Below, in pieces: positions 61,269-64,000 of a DNA stretch of 64,000 bases; the stretch's first letter is position 1; each line of letters begins with the position of its first letter. The translations under genes were made by a program, and so were the position numbers. The notes below the pieces were generated by a model, which was not told the origin of the DNA, searched no databases, and saw only the letters and a list, made by a program, of their open reading frames with translations. The stretch covers positions 96,063,713-96,127,712 of the forward strand of contig NC_068988.1 in assembly GCF_001194135.2 (NCBI RefSeq), given 5' to 3'. The DNA is from Octopus bimaculoides (taxonomy: Eukaryota).

Positions 61269-63302
61269 TTGTTATTTTTCAAATGTAGATTGAGCAACCA
61301 CACAGAAACTTCCTCGTTCTTTCAAGATAGTCAATAAAGTACTAAGCATGTACTAGGGTAGATTCAATTGGCTGTAACACAGACATTCACTGATACGCAA
61401 GAGAGGAGTGTACTGCTCCAGACATTTGATACATATGGGGGACAATGAATACACACGAGAAGTGATGAAAGTTCATCTGCAGAGACTGAATCTCATGTCA
61501 AAGGTTTGTAACATGGTGGGGAAAAAACCAATCTTTTCATATAGTCAGTTGTTCTACTAAGAGCAAACAAAATGGTTAGTGGTATGTTCTGAGCCCCCAA
61601 TCCTCTCAAATGTTACTTCCCACCCATTTGGGGCCATCAAAATAAAGTACCAGTCAAGTACTGGAGTTGTTGATGAACTTGTGTCCCCCACCCCTGCTCA
61701 AAATTGCTGGTTTTGAATCTTGCAATGGAATGATATCCCTTTCCATCTGAAATGCTGTGATCTCAATCACTTCTTATGCCACAGAAACCAACCCTACAAG
61801 TATCAGGGCTCAAGAAAAAAAGAAACAGTTCAACCAATACCCAAAGAATTCACTAATGCTGTCAGGAAATTTCTGATTGAATCCATCCAAGTTGTTAAGT
61901 TCTTCAACTGACCACCACTAGACTACCTGTCACCCCTTCATACAAAACAGTTTTATTCAAGTTATTCTAATTACTGGAGAAATGCTAAATTGATGACATA
62001 ACACCGATACATTTGTAAAGAATATTTTCCTTTTGTTAATCTGAAGGAATAGAAGCAATCATTACAGAGCAGTTCTCTTTATTTTTCACCCTTAGTTACA
62101 CACGTTTTTAATGATTTAGGTCAGATCAATACCTACAAGATGGTAAAGGGGAACAAGAAGTTATCGCATATATATATATATATCATCCCACCAATTGTAT
62201 AGATGTGCTGGACATGACAGTCTCAAAGGCCAGTTACCCAGTTTGCATGGCCTATAAGCAACCAAGATCACAACAGTCCACCTGAACAAGATGCCAATCC
62301 ATTGCAGGGTTGTCACCTATTTACAGCTAAGTGGGCTGAAGCAACATGAAGTGTTTTCATTCCAGAACCTCACCCGATTCAGGAATCAAAACCAGCCTTT
62401 TGATCATGAGCGTAACACCCTACCCAGTAGGCTTCACACCATCACATATATACTACACACCCTTGATGAGGATGTTCAGTTATTTAACTGAATAAGCTAT
62501 TCTTGAGATAAAAGGATCTTGTGATACTAATTTACAATAAACACTCACCAGAGTCATAGCATTTATTGCTAACCTTAAACAATAATCCTGCTCCTCTCAT
62601 GAAGTATGGCTATGTTAATGCAAATGTTTAGACTAACATAGTACAATTGTACACACGTCACTGGCTCAGCCTACACTATTAGCAAACTCAAAAATTTCAA
62701 GCAGTGGCTAAAGTAAAGTTAATATTAGTTAGTTCAAATCCCGTGTGAAACAAAGACTTCTCAGAACATCAGCTGACTTAACACCGTTTACATTTAACAT
62801 GATGATGATGATTATATCAAATACTAAACTGTATAGTCATTAGTTAATATACAATCAGCAAGGCACTTTTCTCACAAGCTAAACTTGCTATTAGTAAATC
62901 ATTTCCATATCAAAAGAACCAATGCAAGAAAATTGAAAATAGCTTCAAGATTTCACAGAATATTTACTTACCTAATTACTTAGAACCAGACTGATTCACT
63001 TAACTTATAGATTAGAATCGATTTTCAACAAAACACTTGATACAACAATCAAAAACTAGAATCCCATCTTTCTCGATCTTGTTACTAACATTGACCTTTT
63101 TGAGACCAACCTACATGAGACTGCTCTGGTACTTTGATACAAAATCCCCATTTTAAAATACAACAAATTAAAACCCATCAAAATTTCATGTTAATTTATG
63201 TTTGAAAGACCACCATCATAATGTCGTCATAGATGCAGTGTATTAAAAAAAAAAAGTTTGAATTCATTCCCAAAGCATTTAGAATTATGTATTTCTAGCA
63301 AT

Positions 63303-63613
63303 TTCCTTTCAAGCGTTTGGCCTCACAGAGGCAAAGTGGCTGAGTTCCTTTTGAGTGTTGGACCTCACAGAGGCAATGACAGACCTTTACGCTGTGCTTA
63401 AGACTCGTCAAGCTGAGTAAAATCAGTCGTGGCAGATACTGGTGTCACACAAATTGGCATATCAACACACCCCAGTGTCACAGAAATGGTACATAAATGC
63501 ACCCGTTACACTCTCAGTAGTTGGCATTTGGAAGGGCATCCAGCCATAGAAAATCATGCCAAATCAGACTGGAGTCTGTTGCAGACTTCCACATGCCAGC
63601 CCAGTTAAACCAT
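63303..63613 (+). mobile_element. RTE 3'-UTR fragment
   Basis: Matches the reverse complement of the 42205-42660 region. Confidence 0.7.
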
Positions 63614-63840
63614 CCAATAAGTAGTTGAGAGACGACAGGTAGATCCAGTGGCCAATTTATGAATCAGCAAATTCACATGCAAGCAACTGATGAATTAATA
63701 TTAGTCTCTGATGAGAAATTTATATCAGGGTTCTAACAGTTTTTACTCACAAAACATTTTAAATGTATGAAAACTTAAGAAAAACCTTGAAAAGATTTTT
63801 AAAATGAGATGTTATGACAAATCCCTTAAATATGGATTTT

Positions 63841-64000
63841 CAGCCAGAGCTAGTCATTGACTCCCACTACACATAACTTTCAGCCAGAGCTAGTCATTGA
63901 CTCCCACTACACATAACTTTCAGCCAGAGCTAGTCATTGACTCCCACTACACATAACTTTCAGCCAGAGCTAGTCATTGACTCCCACTACACATAACTTT
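63841..64000. repeat. Minisatellite, 40-bp unit, at least 4 identical copies (runs off the window)
   Basis: cagccagagctagtcattgactcccactacacataacttt repeated exactly four times. Confidence 0.97.

Noticed and set aside
63841-64000. CRISPR-like array
   Set aside because: Units are contiguous with no spacers, in a eukaryotic context.

Overview
AT-rich, microsatellite-dense animal genomic DNA with four N gaps (7399-7955, 10149-10888, 12885-12894, 38660-38669). The tRNA-derived SINE and RTE repeat landscape looks like octopus/coleoid cephalopod (inferred from recalled repeat families, not from a search). Two protein-coding genes are well supported. (1) A 14-exon, plus-strand, 5'-incomplete dystrophin/dystrobrevin/dystrotelin-family gene (6755-27360, about 697 aa visible) with EF-hands, a ZZ finger, coiled coils, an Asn-Gly-aromatic repeat insert and a PPxY motif. 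(2) An intronless, complete TFIIE-beta (GTF2E2) CDS on the minus strand (45051-45920). Most of the rest is mobile DNA: several tRNA-derived SINE families, many 5'-truncated RTE LINE 3' ends, a CR1-type LINE, a degenerate RTE fragment, a Tc1 deletion derivative and a 40-bp minisatellite. The most striking unexplained structure is two unrelated families of long foldback (inverted-repeat) elements whose arms carry minimal, dimer-type hammerhead ribozyme motifs of the kind known from Penelope-like elements. One family also has head-to-head tRNA-like Pol III heads upstream of the ribozyme. Several orphan exon-like segments and promoter-like motif clusters could not be assigned to a known gene. Exon coordinates were read by hand from splice sites; repeat boundaries are approximate.
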